This document shows positions 14,673-31,850 of a stretch of DNA of 64,000 nt, in pieces (the first letter of the stretch is position 1; every line of letters starts with the position of its first letter). A program made the position numbers and the translations under genes. Below the pieces are notes generated by a model. The model searched no databases. It was given only the letters and a program-made list of their open reading frames with translations, and was not told the origin of the DNA. This stretch comes from the human T2T-CHM13v2.0 reference genome, Homo sapiens. Where the stretch lies: assembly GCF_009914755.1 (NCBI RefSeq), contig NC_060936.1. One strand, given 5' to 3'.

Positions 14673-17192
14673 TGTATTAGTTTGTTCTCACTCTGCTATA
14701 AAGAAGTGTGAGACTGGGTAATTTATAAAGAAATGTATACCCAGTGAAACTGGGTAATTTATAAATAAAAGAAATTTAACTGGCTCATAGTTCCACAGGC
14801 TATACAGGAAGCATGACACCTTCTGGGAAGGCCTCAGAAAACTTTCAATCATGGCAGAAGGTGAAGGGGAAGCAGGCATGTCTTCCATGGCTGGAGCAAG
14901 AGGAAGAGAGAAGTCGGGAGATGTCACACACTTTTATACAACCCAATCTCACAAGCACTCACTCACTAGCATGAAAGCAGCACTGAGGGGGAAGCCTGTG
15001 TCCATGATCAAATCACCTCCCACCAGGCCTCACCTCCAACATTGAGGAGTACAATTGAAAATGAGATTTGGGTGTGGACACAGATCCAAACCATATCATT
15101 CCACCTCTGGACCCTCCAAATCTCATGTCCTTCTCATGTTGCAAAATACAATCATCCCTTCCCAACAGTCCCCCAAAATCTTAACTCATTCCAACATTAA
15201 CTCAAAAGTTCAAAGTCTCATCTGAGACAAGCCTTGTCTCTTCCACCTATGAGCCTGTAAAATCAAAAGCCAATTAATTACTACCAAGATACAATGGGTG
15301 GGTGGGTGGGGGTGGGGGATAGGCATTGGGTAAATAGTCCCATTCCAGAAGGGAGAAATTGGACAAAAGAAAGAGGCTACAGTCCCTATGCAAGTCCAGA
15401 ACCCAGCAGGGCAGTCATTAATTCTTAAAGCTCCAAAATGATCTCCTTTGACTCCATTTTTCACATCCAGGGCACACTGGTGCAAGGGGTGGGCTCCGAG
15501 AGCCTTAGGAAGCTCTTACTCTGTGGGTCTGCAACTGTACTTGTGGCTTTTCCAGGTTCACAATGAAAGCTGTTGGTGGCTCTACCATTCTGGGCTCTGA
15601 AGGACAGTGGCCCTCTTCTTACAGCCTCACTAGGTGGTACCCCAGTGGTGACCCTGTGTGGTGGCTAAAACCCACATTTTCCCTCCACACTGCCCTAGTA
15701 AAGGTTCTTCATGAGGGCTCCACCCCTGTAGCAGGCCTCTGCCTGGACAGCAAGGTTTTTTCATACATCCTCTGAAACCTAGGTGGAGGCTCCCAAGTCT
15801 CAACTCTTGCACTCTGTTCACCTGCAGGCTTAACACCATATGGAATCCACCAAGGCTTACAGCTTGCACCTTCTGAAGCAGTGGCCTGAGTACCTAGGTC
15901 CCTTTGAGCCATAGCTGGAGCTGGAGCAGCTAAGACACAGGGAGCAGTGTCTCGAGGTTGCACAGGGCAGTGGGGTCCTGGGCCTGGCCCACAAAACCAT
16001 TCTTCACTCCTAGGCCTCTGGGCCTGTGATGAGAGAGGATGCCATGAAGGTCTCTGAAATCCCTTGGAAGCCTTTTCCCATTGTCTTGGCTATCAGCATT
16101 TGGCTCCTTTTTACTTATGCAAATTTCTGCAGCCTGCTTGAATTCCTCCCCTAAAAATGGTCTCTTCTTTTCTATCACATGACCAGGCTGCAAATTTTCT
16201 ACACGTTTATGCTCTGCTTCCCTTTTAAATATAAGTTCCGGTTTTGGGTCATTTATTTGTGCATGCATATGAACATATGCTGTTAGAAGCAGCCAGGTCA
16301 CACTTGAATGCTTTGCTGCTTAGAAATTTCTTCCACAAGGTTGCGGTGAGCCAAGATTACACCATTGCACTCCAGCCTGGGCAACAAGAGTGAAACTCCA
16401 TCTCAAAAAAAAAAAAAATTTCTGCTACCAGATACCCCAAATCATCACTCTCAAGTTCAAAGTTCCACAGATTTCTAGAGCAGGGACACAATGCTGCAGG
16501 TTCTTTGCTAATGCATAACAAAAGTGACCTTTGTTCCAGTTCCCAATAAGTTCCTCATCTCCATCTGAGACCTCATTAGCTTGGACTTTCTTGTCCATAT
16601 CACTATCAGCATTTCAGTCACAAGTCAAGCAGTCCCTAAGGAGTTCCAAACTTTCCCTCATTTTCTGTCTTCTTCTGAGCCCTCTACACTGTTCCAACCT
16701 CTGCCCATTACCCAGTTCCAAAGTCGTTTTCAGATTTTCAGGTATTTATAGTAATGCCCCACTCCTCAGTACCAATTTTCTGTACTAGTCCATTCTCGCA
16801 CTGCTATAAAGAAATACCTGAGACTGGGTAACTTATAAAGAAAAGAAGTTTAATTGGCTCACAGTTCCACAGGCTGTACAGGAAACATTATAGCTTCTTG
16901 GGATCTAAACATTCTAAACCTGTATCAGTTTCCCCTCAGGAAACTTTCAATCATGGTAGAAGGTGAAGGAGAAGCAGACACATCTTACATAGTCAGAGAA
17001 GGAGGAAGAGAGAGAAAGCAGAGATGCCACACACTTTTAAACAGCCTGATCTCAGGAGCATTCACTCACTATCACGAAATCAGCACCAAGTGGGAAATCC
17101 ACCCCCATGATCCAGTCACCTCCCACCAATCCCCACTGGGGACTACAATTGACATGAAGATTGGTGTGAGGACACAAATTCAAACCATATCA
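14673..17192 (-). mobile_element. Complete MST-type MaLR provirus (3' LTR 14673-15098, internal 15099-16780, 5' LTR 16781-17192)
   Basis: Two MST LTRs (tgta(t/c)tag...accatatca), about 1.7 kb MaLR internal region starting gaaaattggtactgaggagtgg on minus, PPT agaggtggaa next to the 3' LTR. Confidence 0.9.
16338..16418 (+). mobile_element. Severely 5'-truncated AluS (Sq/Sp-like) inside the MaLR internal region
   Basis: Alu 3' ~65 nt plus poly-A, flanked by TSD aaatttcttccac / aaatttctgctac. Confidence 0.85.
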
Positions 17193-17929
17193 GTTCCCTT
17201 TCACCTCTAATCGTGTTCCTTGTCTGTAGCTCTGTTAGGTCTTTACCACTTGAGATTGTGTGCATCTTTTCACAGTTTATCTTTCCCAACCAGATGGTAA
17301 GGTCCATGAGAAGAGAAATCATGTCATAACCTAAATTTCTTGTTGTAAACAACACCCAGCATGGGGCTCTGTGTGCTCAAAAACTCCTCACTCCTACAGA
17401 GTGCATTTCAATTTACAGAGTGTCTTCACAGATTTGTCTCATTGTTGATTTCTGAAGTGGAAGACCAATACTTCTGACTTTATGATATACGAATGCTTGG
17501 ATGAGCTGCAAAAGGTTGAGCAAAGCAAATGTTTCCATTCCATCTAGTTCAGCCACATAGACATAACCTTTTTCGTTCTCTCTAAAATAAACTCAACTGA
17601 GTAATACTACATTTTTCTTTTATTACTGGTGGCATTTTATTTAAATGTTTGCATCCATATTCCTAAGTGAGATGATATTTCCTTTTTTTGTGCTATATTT
17701 TCTATGTTTTGTATCAGAGTTATCTTAGTTAGAAAGTAATAACTCCAAGATGGCAGAGTCATTCACAGGAGCCCCAATCTCTGAGTCTTTTCTTGAAGGA
17801 CAACTGCCAGGAGAGCTGCCTGGCTCAAATTGGATTGTGACATGAGTGAGAAATGGAGTTTTATTATGATAAGTCATATTATGGTAAGTTTGTCTTGTTA
17901 TAGTAGCTAGCATTGCTTTTCCTGACTCA

Positions 17930-20300
17930 TAGATTCTTGTCATCTCAGGTCCTGCCATCATCCTAGGTGACTTCTGTGTCCACATCAATGACCTTTCCAA
18001 AACCTTAGCCATTCCTCTTAACCTCATTAACATTTGTACCTTCATTTCCTCTGCTGCCATTTAGTCACAGCCCTAGAGCTTGTCGTCCCCTAGAGCTTCC
18101 CAATCACATCTATTCTTCACCCTCATGTGGTTCTCCTATCTACTTTTCTGTTAGACCTTTCCTGCCCTCAATTCCTTCCCATCCATCTTATTCTCAATGG
18201 CCATGAGCTCACTTATTCTTGGGCTAATCTATCACTTCCCCTTAACTCTCATTAAACGACCTTCTCTATTTCACAAAGAAGATGTGATCTTCAGGCAAAG
18301 AGTTCTCTCACTCCCTACACAGTCCTCCAAATCTTGTTTGTGTCCACACCAATCCTCTTCTCCATTCCTCTCCTCTGAAAAAAAAAGAGCTGTTCCTCCT
18401 CCCTTCCCATGTACTCACTGCCTTCCTTCCTGCTGTGTCACGCCTTTGCTCCACTCTTTGTGCCCTGTCTCAGCTAGATCTTCATTCTGTCCTCTACTGG
18501 CTTCTCCACCCTGGCCTTTAGATATGCCCAAACTTGAACTTCACAGCTCTGTCTTTATTCTGCATCCTTCTGCATAGTCAAGGCTCTATTTTTTGTTTAC
18601 CATCTTCCCATCCAAACTTCTTGAAAGGGAAGCCTGCAGTTTCTTATTTTTCATGCATTCCTCAGCTCCCCACTGCCATTTGTCTCCCTCCTCCACTTAA
18701 CGATTTATGCCAAGGTAATCTGTTCCTAGATCTAGTGGACATTTCTAGGCTTTCTCTCTCTTGATCTCTGAAGTATCTGGCCCTACTGGACACTGTCTCA
18801 CCTTCTCTTCATTTGGCTTTAGTGATACTATCTTCTCCTCTGGATTTGCTCTCATCTCTTTGGTCCCTCCTTTTCTGGCTCCTGCTCTTCCAACTGCTTA
18901 AACATTGCTGTCTCCACTGTTCCATCCTCTTCTGTTCTCTTGCCACATATTCTCTGATTTATTTCATACACTCCCATGTCTTGAATTCCTAACTAAATGC
19001 TTATGGCCAGAATCTAAATCTCTGGCTCAGCTGTATCTTCTGAGCTCCAGGCATCTTCATCCATCTTTGTACTAATCTTTCTTCTTTGATGCCCTACAGG
19101 CTGCTTAAACTCAACATGACCAAAACAAAACAAAACAAACTTTCTTCTCCTTCAAACATCTTAGAGAATTGCATCCTTTTCTGCACCACCTAAGCCATAA
19201 GTTATAAAGTCAGCCTCCATGCTCTCTTCTACCCTCCTCCATCTAATCTACTCACAAATCTGATCAATCCTAGGGTCTAAATAACTCTCAAATATATCCC
19301 CCTCTCCATCTCCATCACTACTTCTCAATTAGGCCAGCATAATTCCTTCCCAATTAGTCTTATAATGCCCTAACTCGTCTGCCTCTTCCTCTTTACTGCA
19401 GTCAGAAAGCTCTTATTAAATTACAAATCTACTCATACCACTCCAGCTGCTAAAATCTGTTCAAAGAAAAATTAGACAAATTTAATTTAATAGAGTCTAA
19501 TTGAGCAAAGAATAATTCACAAATCACATAGCCTCCTGAAACGGAATAGGCTGAAAGAGTCTCCAGCACTGCCTTGTGATAGAAAAAGAAAAAGGAAATT
19601 GCTGTACAGAAACAGAAGTGAGGTACGGAAATGGCTGGATTGGTTACAGCTTGGCATTTCCCTTATTTGAATATAATTTGAAGAGTTGGCCACATTTGAT
19701 TAGCCAAAACTTGGAGATTGGCACAATTGTAGGTTACAGCCTGTTTACACATTCGGTTAGGTTACAGCTCACTAGGTAGGAGAAACCTTTAGGCTGAAGT
19801 TAAAATACGCAAGGAGGGAGCTTTAGATGAAGCTTAATTTAACAAACCCTTCACAGGCCAACCACATAGCTTTCAGAACAAGGTGGAAATGATGGGCATG
19901 GCACATTTCATACTGAGATCTGCCTGCTTTCCAGGCTTCCCCTCTGCACAGCCCCTGCCTCTACCCATCTTCAACTGTGGTCTGGCAAAAGCAAACTATT
20001 TTCAATTTCCTGAATGCACTTCATTCTCTCCAGTTCCTTAGCCTTTAACCATACTATTCTCTCAGACTGGACTGATATCCCCATCTTCCCATGCCACTTC
20101 ACTTTACAAACTGTTTCTTCAGGGCTTACCCTGGGATACTATATCCTTAGGAAGTCTTCCCTAGACATTCAGCACCACCACCCTTCTTTGTTCTCCTACA
20201 GCACCTTGTGCATACTTTATTAGTGCACTTATGTGATTCTGAAATGATTTGTCTCATTTCAATCAATTATGAAGTCCTAAAAGCTGTGCCTCTTCAATAT
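17930..20300 (+). mobile_element. L2 LINE relic, interrupted by an LTR
   Basis: Pyrimidine-rich L2 ORF2/3' sequence (cctaggtgacttc..., ctcaacatgaccaaaac). Confidence 0.6.
19458..19844 (-). mobile_element. MER57-family ERV1 solo LTR
   Basis: Minus strand begins tgttaaattaagc...; multiple CCAAT boxes; TG/CA ends; 4-bp TSD aatc/aacc. Confidence 0.75.
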
Positions 20301-20597
20301 CTCCAAAATCCTGCCTTCTCTTGAACCTGGTTTTCCTGCTTTCATTTCTGTCCCCCGCCCATTTCAAAATTAGCAACAGAGGGGTCTGTTTCAAATGCAA
20401 ATCGAATGTCCCTTCCTTGCTTCAAACGGATCCTTTAAGGAGGGTTGAAATCAGAACCAGTAGATATTTGGAAAATGTTACTTTAACATGTGAATACGTG
20501 AATGAGGTCAAAAATGGCTTCATGGAAGTCAAATTTCTGTTAGGTCTTTTAGGATTAATAAACTATCAGTCAATGGAAAATGCTAGGGAGTACATTC

Positions 20598-21115
20598 TTT
20601 AAGGATTTGGAACAGGAATTCAAAGAAATTAAAGAGTGTGTAAGCAGAAACTCAGTTGTATGTAAGAAAACCCAGTTCCCCCTGAGAAAGAGAAAAAGAT
20701 GAAGTCCTTTAAAAACTATACTGCCTATTTTTCTGTGGCTAGTGAGCCTTATCTCTCCTCCCTTCCCAGGCATTGTGAAGACCCTGTTTCTCTAGCTGTG
20801 CAGCTGCGAGGTCACTAGACAGATAAACTCAAGTTGCAAAACATGTTTTTCCTTGAAAAGTAAGAAATGATGTAATGACTGTCTCAATTGAATAACTGCC
20901 ATTGTTTCTCACTTCTGTAGTATGCTTCCCCCTGCACAGATCTCCACCCCCCCACACACACCCCCGCCCCACAAAATGCTTAAAAAGTAAACTAACTCTT
21001 TGTTCAGGGCTTAGTCCTTTGGATGTTAATCCGACTGGGCCAGTGCACCTAAATAATTAATACATATCCTCCTGAACCCCATCAATCTCTCTGATTCCTT
21101 AACAATCCTGCTACA
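20598..21115 (+). mobile_element. ERV1 solo LTR (MER84-like, name tentative)
   Basis: ggaacaggaattcaaagaaattaaagagtgtgtaagcagaaactcag...aatcctgctaca; about 515 bp. Confidence 0.65.
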
Positions 21116-21690
21116 TTTTCTTTAAGGAATCTGAGTAGGCTAGATTAGAATGGGTTGCTTAGATGGAAGAATTATGGGACATAACACTGGAAATGTTGCC
21201 CGAAGCTGCAAGGAGAATTGTGAATGCAATACTGAAGAGTTGCACCACTACAAGTGCTTTATGCAAGACAAAATTTAGTTCTGCATCTAATTTCCCTACT
21301 TAAAACTAACACAGCTTAAGAACGTTAAATAGGAAATGAATGTTTATTAGGTGGCAGGTCATATTCAGGGTCTCAAAAGACACTCTATGTCAGAGCAATG
21401 TCAGAAGAATACAGGAGAGCTGTTGGGAGAGACCTGAGGGGCCAGAGAGATATAAATTTAAGAGCTACAATTTGAATGTCTTGATGTGAAAATAACTAAG
21501 AGGGGGAGGAGCCAAGATGGCCGAATAGGAACAGCTCCGGTCTACAGCTCGCAGCGTGAGCGACACAGAAGACCAGTGATTTCTGCATTTCCAACTGAGG
21601 TACCAGGTTCATCTCACTGGGAAGTGCCACACAGTAGGTGCAGGAGAGTGGGTGCAGCACACTGTGCATGAGCCAAAGCAGGGCGAGGCA

Positions 21691-21954
21691 TCACCTCACC
21701 CAGGAAGCACAAGGGGTCAGGGAATTCCCTTTCCTAGTCAAAGAAAGGGCTGACAGACAGCACCTGGAAAATTGGGTCACTCCCACCCTAATACTACGCT
21801 TTTCCAACGGGCTTAAAAAACGGCACACCAGGAGATTATATCCCGCACCTGGCTCAGAGGGTCCCATGCCCACGGAGTCTCTCTCATTGCTAGCACAGCA
21901 GTCCAAGATCAAACTGCAAGGTGGCAGCAAGGCTGGAGGAGGGGCGCCCGCCAT
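21691..21954 (-). CDS. L1 ORF0 (antisense 5'UTR ORF), open, 87 aa
   Basis: MAGAPPPALLPPCSLILDCCASNERDSVG... matches the primate L1 ORF0 N-terminus; gcaATGg Kozak context; expression not demonstrated. Confidence 0.6.
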   Translation of the reverse strand: MAGAPPPALLPPCSLILDCCASNERDSVGMGPSEPGAGYNLLVCRFLSPLEKRSIRVGVTQFSRCCLSALSLTRKGNSLTPCASWVR

Positions 21955-22536
21955 TGCCGAGTTAGTTGTTTGATTAGGTAAACAAAGCGGCCGGGAAGCT
22001 CGAACTGGGTGGAGCCCACCACAGCTCAAGGAGGCCTGCCTGCCTCTGTAGGCTCCACCTCTGGGGGCAGGGCACAGACAAATGAAAAGACTGCAGTAAA
22101 CTCTGCAGACTTAAATGTCCCTCTCTGACAGCTTTGAAGAGAGTATTGGTTCTCCCAGCACGCAGCTTCAGATCTGAGAACAGGCAGACTGCCTCCTCAA
22201 GTGGGTCCCTGACCCCAGAGTAGCCTAACAGGGAGGCACCCCCCAGTAGGGGCGGACTGACACCTCACACAGCCAGGTACTCCTCTGAGACAAAACTTCC
22301 AGAGGAACGATCAGGCAGCAGCATTTGCGGTTCACCAATATCCGTTGTTCTGCAGCCACCGCTGCTGATACCCAGGCAAACAGGGTCTGGAGTGGACCTC
22401 TAGCAAACTCCAACAGACCTGCAGCTGAGGGTCCTGTCTGTTAGAAGGAAAACTAACAAACAGAAAGGTCATCCACACCAAAAACCCATCTGTACTTCAC
22501 CATCATCAAAGACCAAAGGTAGATAAAACCACAACG

Positions 22537-23548
22537 ATGGGAAAAAAACAGAGCAGAAAAACTGGAAACTCTAAAAATCAGAGCACCTCTCCTCCTCCAA
22601 AGCAACGCAGCTCCTCACCAGCAACGGAATAAAGCTGGACGGAGAATGACTTTGACGAATTGAGAGAAGAAGGCTTCAGATGATCAAACTACACTGAACT
22701 ACAGGAGGAAATTGGAACCAATGGCAAAGAAGTTAAAAGCTTTGAAAAAAAATTAGATGAATGGATAACTAGAATAACCAATGCAGAGAAGTCCTTAAAG
22801 GACCTGATGGACCTGAAAACCAAGGTACGAGAGCTACGTGATGAAAGCAGGAGCCTCAGTAGCCGATGCAATCAACTGGAAGAAAGGGTATCAGTGATGG
22901 AAGATGAAATGAATGAAATTAAATGAGAAGTTTAGAGAAGAAAGAATAAAAAGAAATGAACAAAGCCTCCAAGAAATATGGGACTATGTGAAAAGACCAA
23001 ATCTATGTCTGATTGGTGTACCTGAAAATGACGGGGAGAATGCAACCAAGTTGGAAAACACTCTGCAGGATATTATCCAGGAGAACTTCCCCAATCTAGC
23101 AAGGCAGGCCAACATTCACATTCAGGAAATACAGAGAACGCCACAAAGGTACTCCTTGAGAAGAGCAACTCCAAGACACATAATTGTCAGATTCACCAAA
23201 GTTGAAATGAAGGAAAAAATGTTAAGGGCAGCCAGAGAGAAAGGTCAGGTTACCCACAAAGGGAAGCCCATCAGACTAACAGCTGATCTCTCGGCAGAAA
23301 CTCTACAAACCAGAAGAGAGTGGGGGCCAATATTCAACATGCCTAAAGAAAAGAATTTTCAATCCAGAATTTCATATCCAGCCAAACTAAGCTTCATAAG
23401 TGAAGGAGAAATAAAATACTTTACAGACAAGCAAATGCTGAGAGATTTTGTCACCACCAGGCCTGCCCTAAAAGAGCTCCTGAAGGAAGCACTAAACATG
23501 GAAAGGAACAACCGGTACCAGTCACTGCAAAAACATGCCAAATTGTAA
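22537..23548 (+). pseudogene. L1 ORF1p, disrupted
   Basis: ATG 22537 (MGKKQSRK); in-frame TAA 22630-22632 and TGA 22681-22683; frameshift near 22920; C-terminal 211-aa part open. Confidence 0.9.
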
Positions 23549-23611
23549 AGATGATCAAGGCTAGGAAGAAACTGCATCAACTAATGAGCAAAATCACCAG
23601 CTAACATCATA

Positions 23612-27428
<3,817 letters not shown>

Positions 27429-27789
27429 ACAATGAGAACACATGGACACAGGAAGGGGAACATCACACACTGGGGACTGTTGTGGGGTGGGGGGAGGGGG
27501 GAGGGATAGCATTAGGAGATATACCTAATGCTAAATGATGAGTTAATGGGTGTAGCACACCAACATGGCACATGTATACATATGTAACAAACCTGCATGT
27601 TGTGCACATGCACCCTAAAACTTAAAGTATAATAATAATAAAATTTAAAAAAAAAAGAAAATAACTAAGACATATACTGACCTAGAAAAAAAAATTTAAA
27701 GAAAATCATTACTTACTGTAGTATTTGACCAAAGCCAGTATTTGTTTAAATACTAATACTTAAATATATATTAATCCTATTTTATTTTT

Positions 27790-28206
27790 TGAAAAACTTT
27801 AGTTAAAACAAATTTAATAGAGTTTATGTGAGCAAAGGACAATTCCCAAATCAAAGCAGCCCTCAAGAATCAGAAGGGTTCATACAACTCCACTTGGCAA
27901 CCTGGCAGTATTTCAGACAGAAAAAGGCTGAAGAAAACAAAGAAGGAACAAAAAGCAGATAGGTTGTTTCAAAGTTACTTTCCTTGTAAAGGTTAAACCA
28001 GAGGGGACTTCCTTATTATGCTGCTAAAACTGGACTGTTTGGGAATTGGGCTATTATTGCTCTCTCTTGGAAGGTCAGATAAACAATTTAGTTTTTGCTT
28101 GGTGGTATGGAACTTTAGCATTAGTGACTCCATTTTGGTTTGGTCTGTTGGGGCCTAGTCCAGAAACTCAGTCCAAAGCAATGGCTTCCCATTATTTTAT
28201 TTAACA
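27790..28206 (-). mobile_element. ERV1 solo LTR (MER93-like, tentative)
   Basis: Minus strand begins tgttaaataaaataatgggaagccattgctttggactgag... Confidence 0.6.
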
Positions 28207-28209
28207 CAT

Positions 28210-28935
<726 letters not shown>

Positions 28936-29313
28936 GGCTATTCCAAAATAATCCATTCTCATGACAACAATCTAATTGGTGAGAATAGGCAACAACTACA
29001 ATAAAATTAGAAAAAAGGGTGCCATAATTTTAAAAGAAAAAATGCTACAAAAATTATTTGTCCCCATCGAGAAAGCAATAGGTTGTTTAAGACTGTGCTC
29101 TGGTGTGTAGAAGCTTGGTTATCAAATTCAAGTGCTCAGAGGAAGATGTTTTATTCTCTGTTTATAAAAAATAAATAGTTCTGCATTAGGAAAAGTTTCT
29201 GCTTAATGATATGAATCATCTTTAGCTAAGAGTGAAACCGTTGATTTTTGACTTGTTAATCTGCTTGAAGACTGGGAAAGGGTGAATTACTGTAGTTTCA
29301 GTTATTATTATAA

Positions 29314-29612
<299 letters not shown>

Positions 29613-30226
29613 TTCTGTTACTATTTTTAAGGCTTTAAAAAAAAATAGATTGATAATAGAAACACCTGGATTAAATTCCTTGACCTGCAATGATTGTAGA
29701 GCTTTATGTTGCCCCATTTTATCAGTCAACAAATTTGTCTTAACATTAAAAAAAAAATCTTGACATTAATGAGATACATATTTTGCAAACTTAAAGTTAC
29801 GTAAGTATTTCTCAGAAACAGTTATTATCATGATTCAGAATGTCAGTTTTGATAATATTATAGGATATTTTATGACATCTTAAAGTAACATTTAAAAGTA
29901 GGTGAAACGGACTCATGGTGGATTGAATATGGTTATCTCCCTCCCTCCATTAACCTGGCATTTACTGAAATGGCAACACCTTTAGGAGTAACACAGAAGG
30001 GTAATCTCTCCTGGTTACATGCCATTTAAGAAATACTGGTGATAGCAATGATTTAAACTTAATGTTAGAAATTGAGCTGAATGAAAAAACATAATGTGTT
30101 TTTAGACTGCAAATGGCATGTATTAGTAGACTCCAAATAGTGAGATTCTAAAAAGTATACTAGTCTGGGAGAGGACTAGACTTTTCTAGACTAGAACTAA
30201 ATTATTTTGAAACTAGTATTTTAATT

Positions 30227-30375
30227 AAAAAAAAAAAGAAAGAAAAGGGAGAGAGGAAAAAGAGAGAGAGAAATAGAGAGAGGGAGAGAAAGAGACAAAG
30301 GAAGGAAGGAAGGAAGAAAGAGAGGGAGGGAGGGAAGAAGGAAGGAAGGAGAGATATGGAAGGAGAAGAGAGAAA
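30227..30375 (+). repeat. Polypurine (GA/GGAA) low-complexity tract
   Basis: About 150 bp, almost entirely A/G. Confidence 0.9.
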
Positions 30376-31069
30376 ATTAAATAGAACAAACAATACTTGG
30401 TGCCAAATTCAGTGGACATTTTTCCATGAGAATAAAAACAATCATAAAACTATAAACATGAATAATACATAGGAACATAAATTTTGTGGCTGCTGTCAAA
30501 ATGATAATGCTGCTCCTATTTTTAGAAATATTTTTACTGTATACATTCAGTTAATTTTATCCAGCTGTCAGTATGCATTCTGGAAGTTGCCAGAAAGTGA
30601 ATGAATGTGAACATTTAAAAGAATGAATAAAATAATCTTAACATGTCTGTGAGTGTAAAGAAGAGCTCGTGCACCAAATGGCTTCACTGTCTACTTTTTG
30701 GCACAGGTATCAAGGTGGTACATGTAGGATATGCTCTTGGAATTGTTTTTCCAACAGAAATTTTAGATTTGTAATGAATATTTTCAATCTTAAAGGGTCT
30801 TTCTCATGGCCAATAGTAGCATCCTTTTCTGAGATGGCTGGTGGGGACCACAGAACCAGTCTGCTGTCTGATAAACTAATCCAGACAAGCTCAGATAAGG
30901 ATTTGGCTCTTGAGCTCACACTCAAAAGTTCCCCAATACAATGACAAGCATTCTTAATTCCTCCATTACAATTTTTTTTAATGGTGTGGTTAGGTTGTCT
31001 GGGTACCCATCAGCATATGGCCTTTGCACTGACCACTGGTAAACAGAGGACTGTGTGGCCATGCAATGA

Positions 31070-31850
31070 TCACAGGCTTTGGGATCGAGGGATGTGGGGT
31101 CAGGTCCCATCCTGGCTACCCACTAGCTATGTTATATAACTTCTGGCAATTTTCCCATCTGAAAATGGGTCTAATAATGTCTACTTCACAGGGATAGCTT
31201 ACCTCTTCACAATTATGTAAGCAAAGAATTTAGCACTGTGCCAAACACAGAATACAGTCACCAGGGCCGACAGCAGTCACTTTTGGCAGCTCTAACATGT
31301 TGCTGCTCAGATTTTCATGTACTGGTTGTTTTTTTTTTAAATGAAGCCAAAAATTATAGGAACTTTACCTAACACCCAATGATATCTGAATGCCTTCTTC
31401 CCACAAAAGTTATGGTTATTCCAAAATTAGAATGTTAATAATAAATCAAAAACAGTGGGTCTTAACCAAGAAAGACAGCCAAGTGTTTTGAAGCCAGACA
31501 AATCGGTTTCTAATCTTAACTTCCTACGTACTAGGCACATGGCCTTGGGTGAGTAATTCATGTCTTTCAATTTTCTCATATGTAAAATGGGCAACAGTAC
31601 TTACTTCATGGTGTTGTCATCTAGATGAAATGAAACAACGTGTATGAATTCTGGCTGTGCCATTTACCAGCTGTGTGATCTTGGGCAAGTTTCTAAATCT
31701 CTGGGTGCTGCAGTTTGCTCATAGGTCAGGTGGATTTCACAGTCATCCTAACGCAGAGGTTGTTAGGAGGATTACATGGGTTAGCTCAGAGAATGCACCT
31801 AAAACAATGACTGGCACATGGTAAGTACTCAATAAATGTTATAACGCTAC
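31070..31850 (+). mobile_element. Cluster of three MIR relics
   Basis: Repeated MIR cores (gctgtgtgatcttgggcaagtt; tgtaaaatggg; ctcaataaatgtta). Confidence 0.65.

Noticed and set aside
15210-16788. ORFs in the MaLR internal region as a domesticated gene
   Set aside because: Short fragments in different frames, interrupted by an Alu
30158-30220. CTAG-rich imperfect inverted repeat
   Set aside because: Arms short and mismatched; compatible with chance or a local duplication
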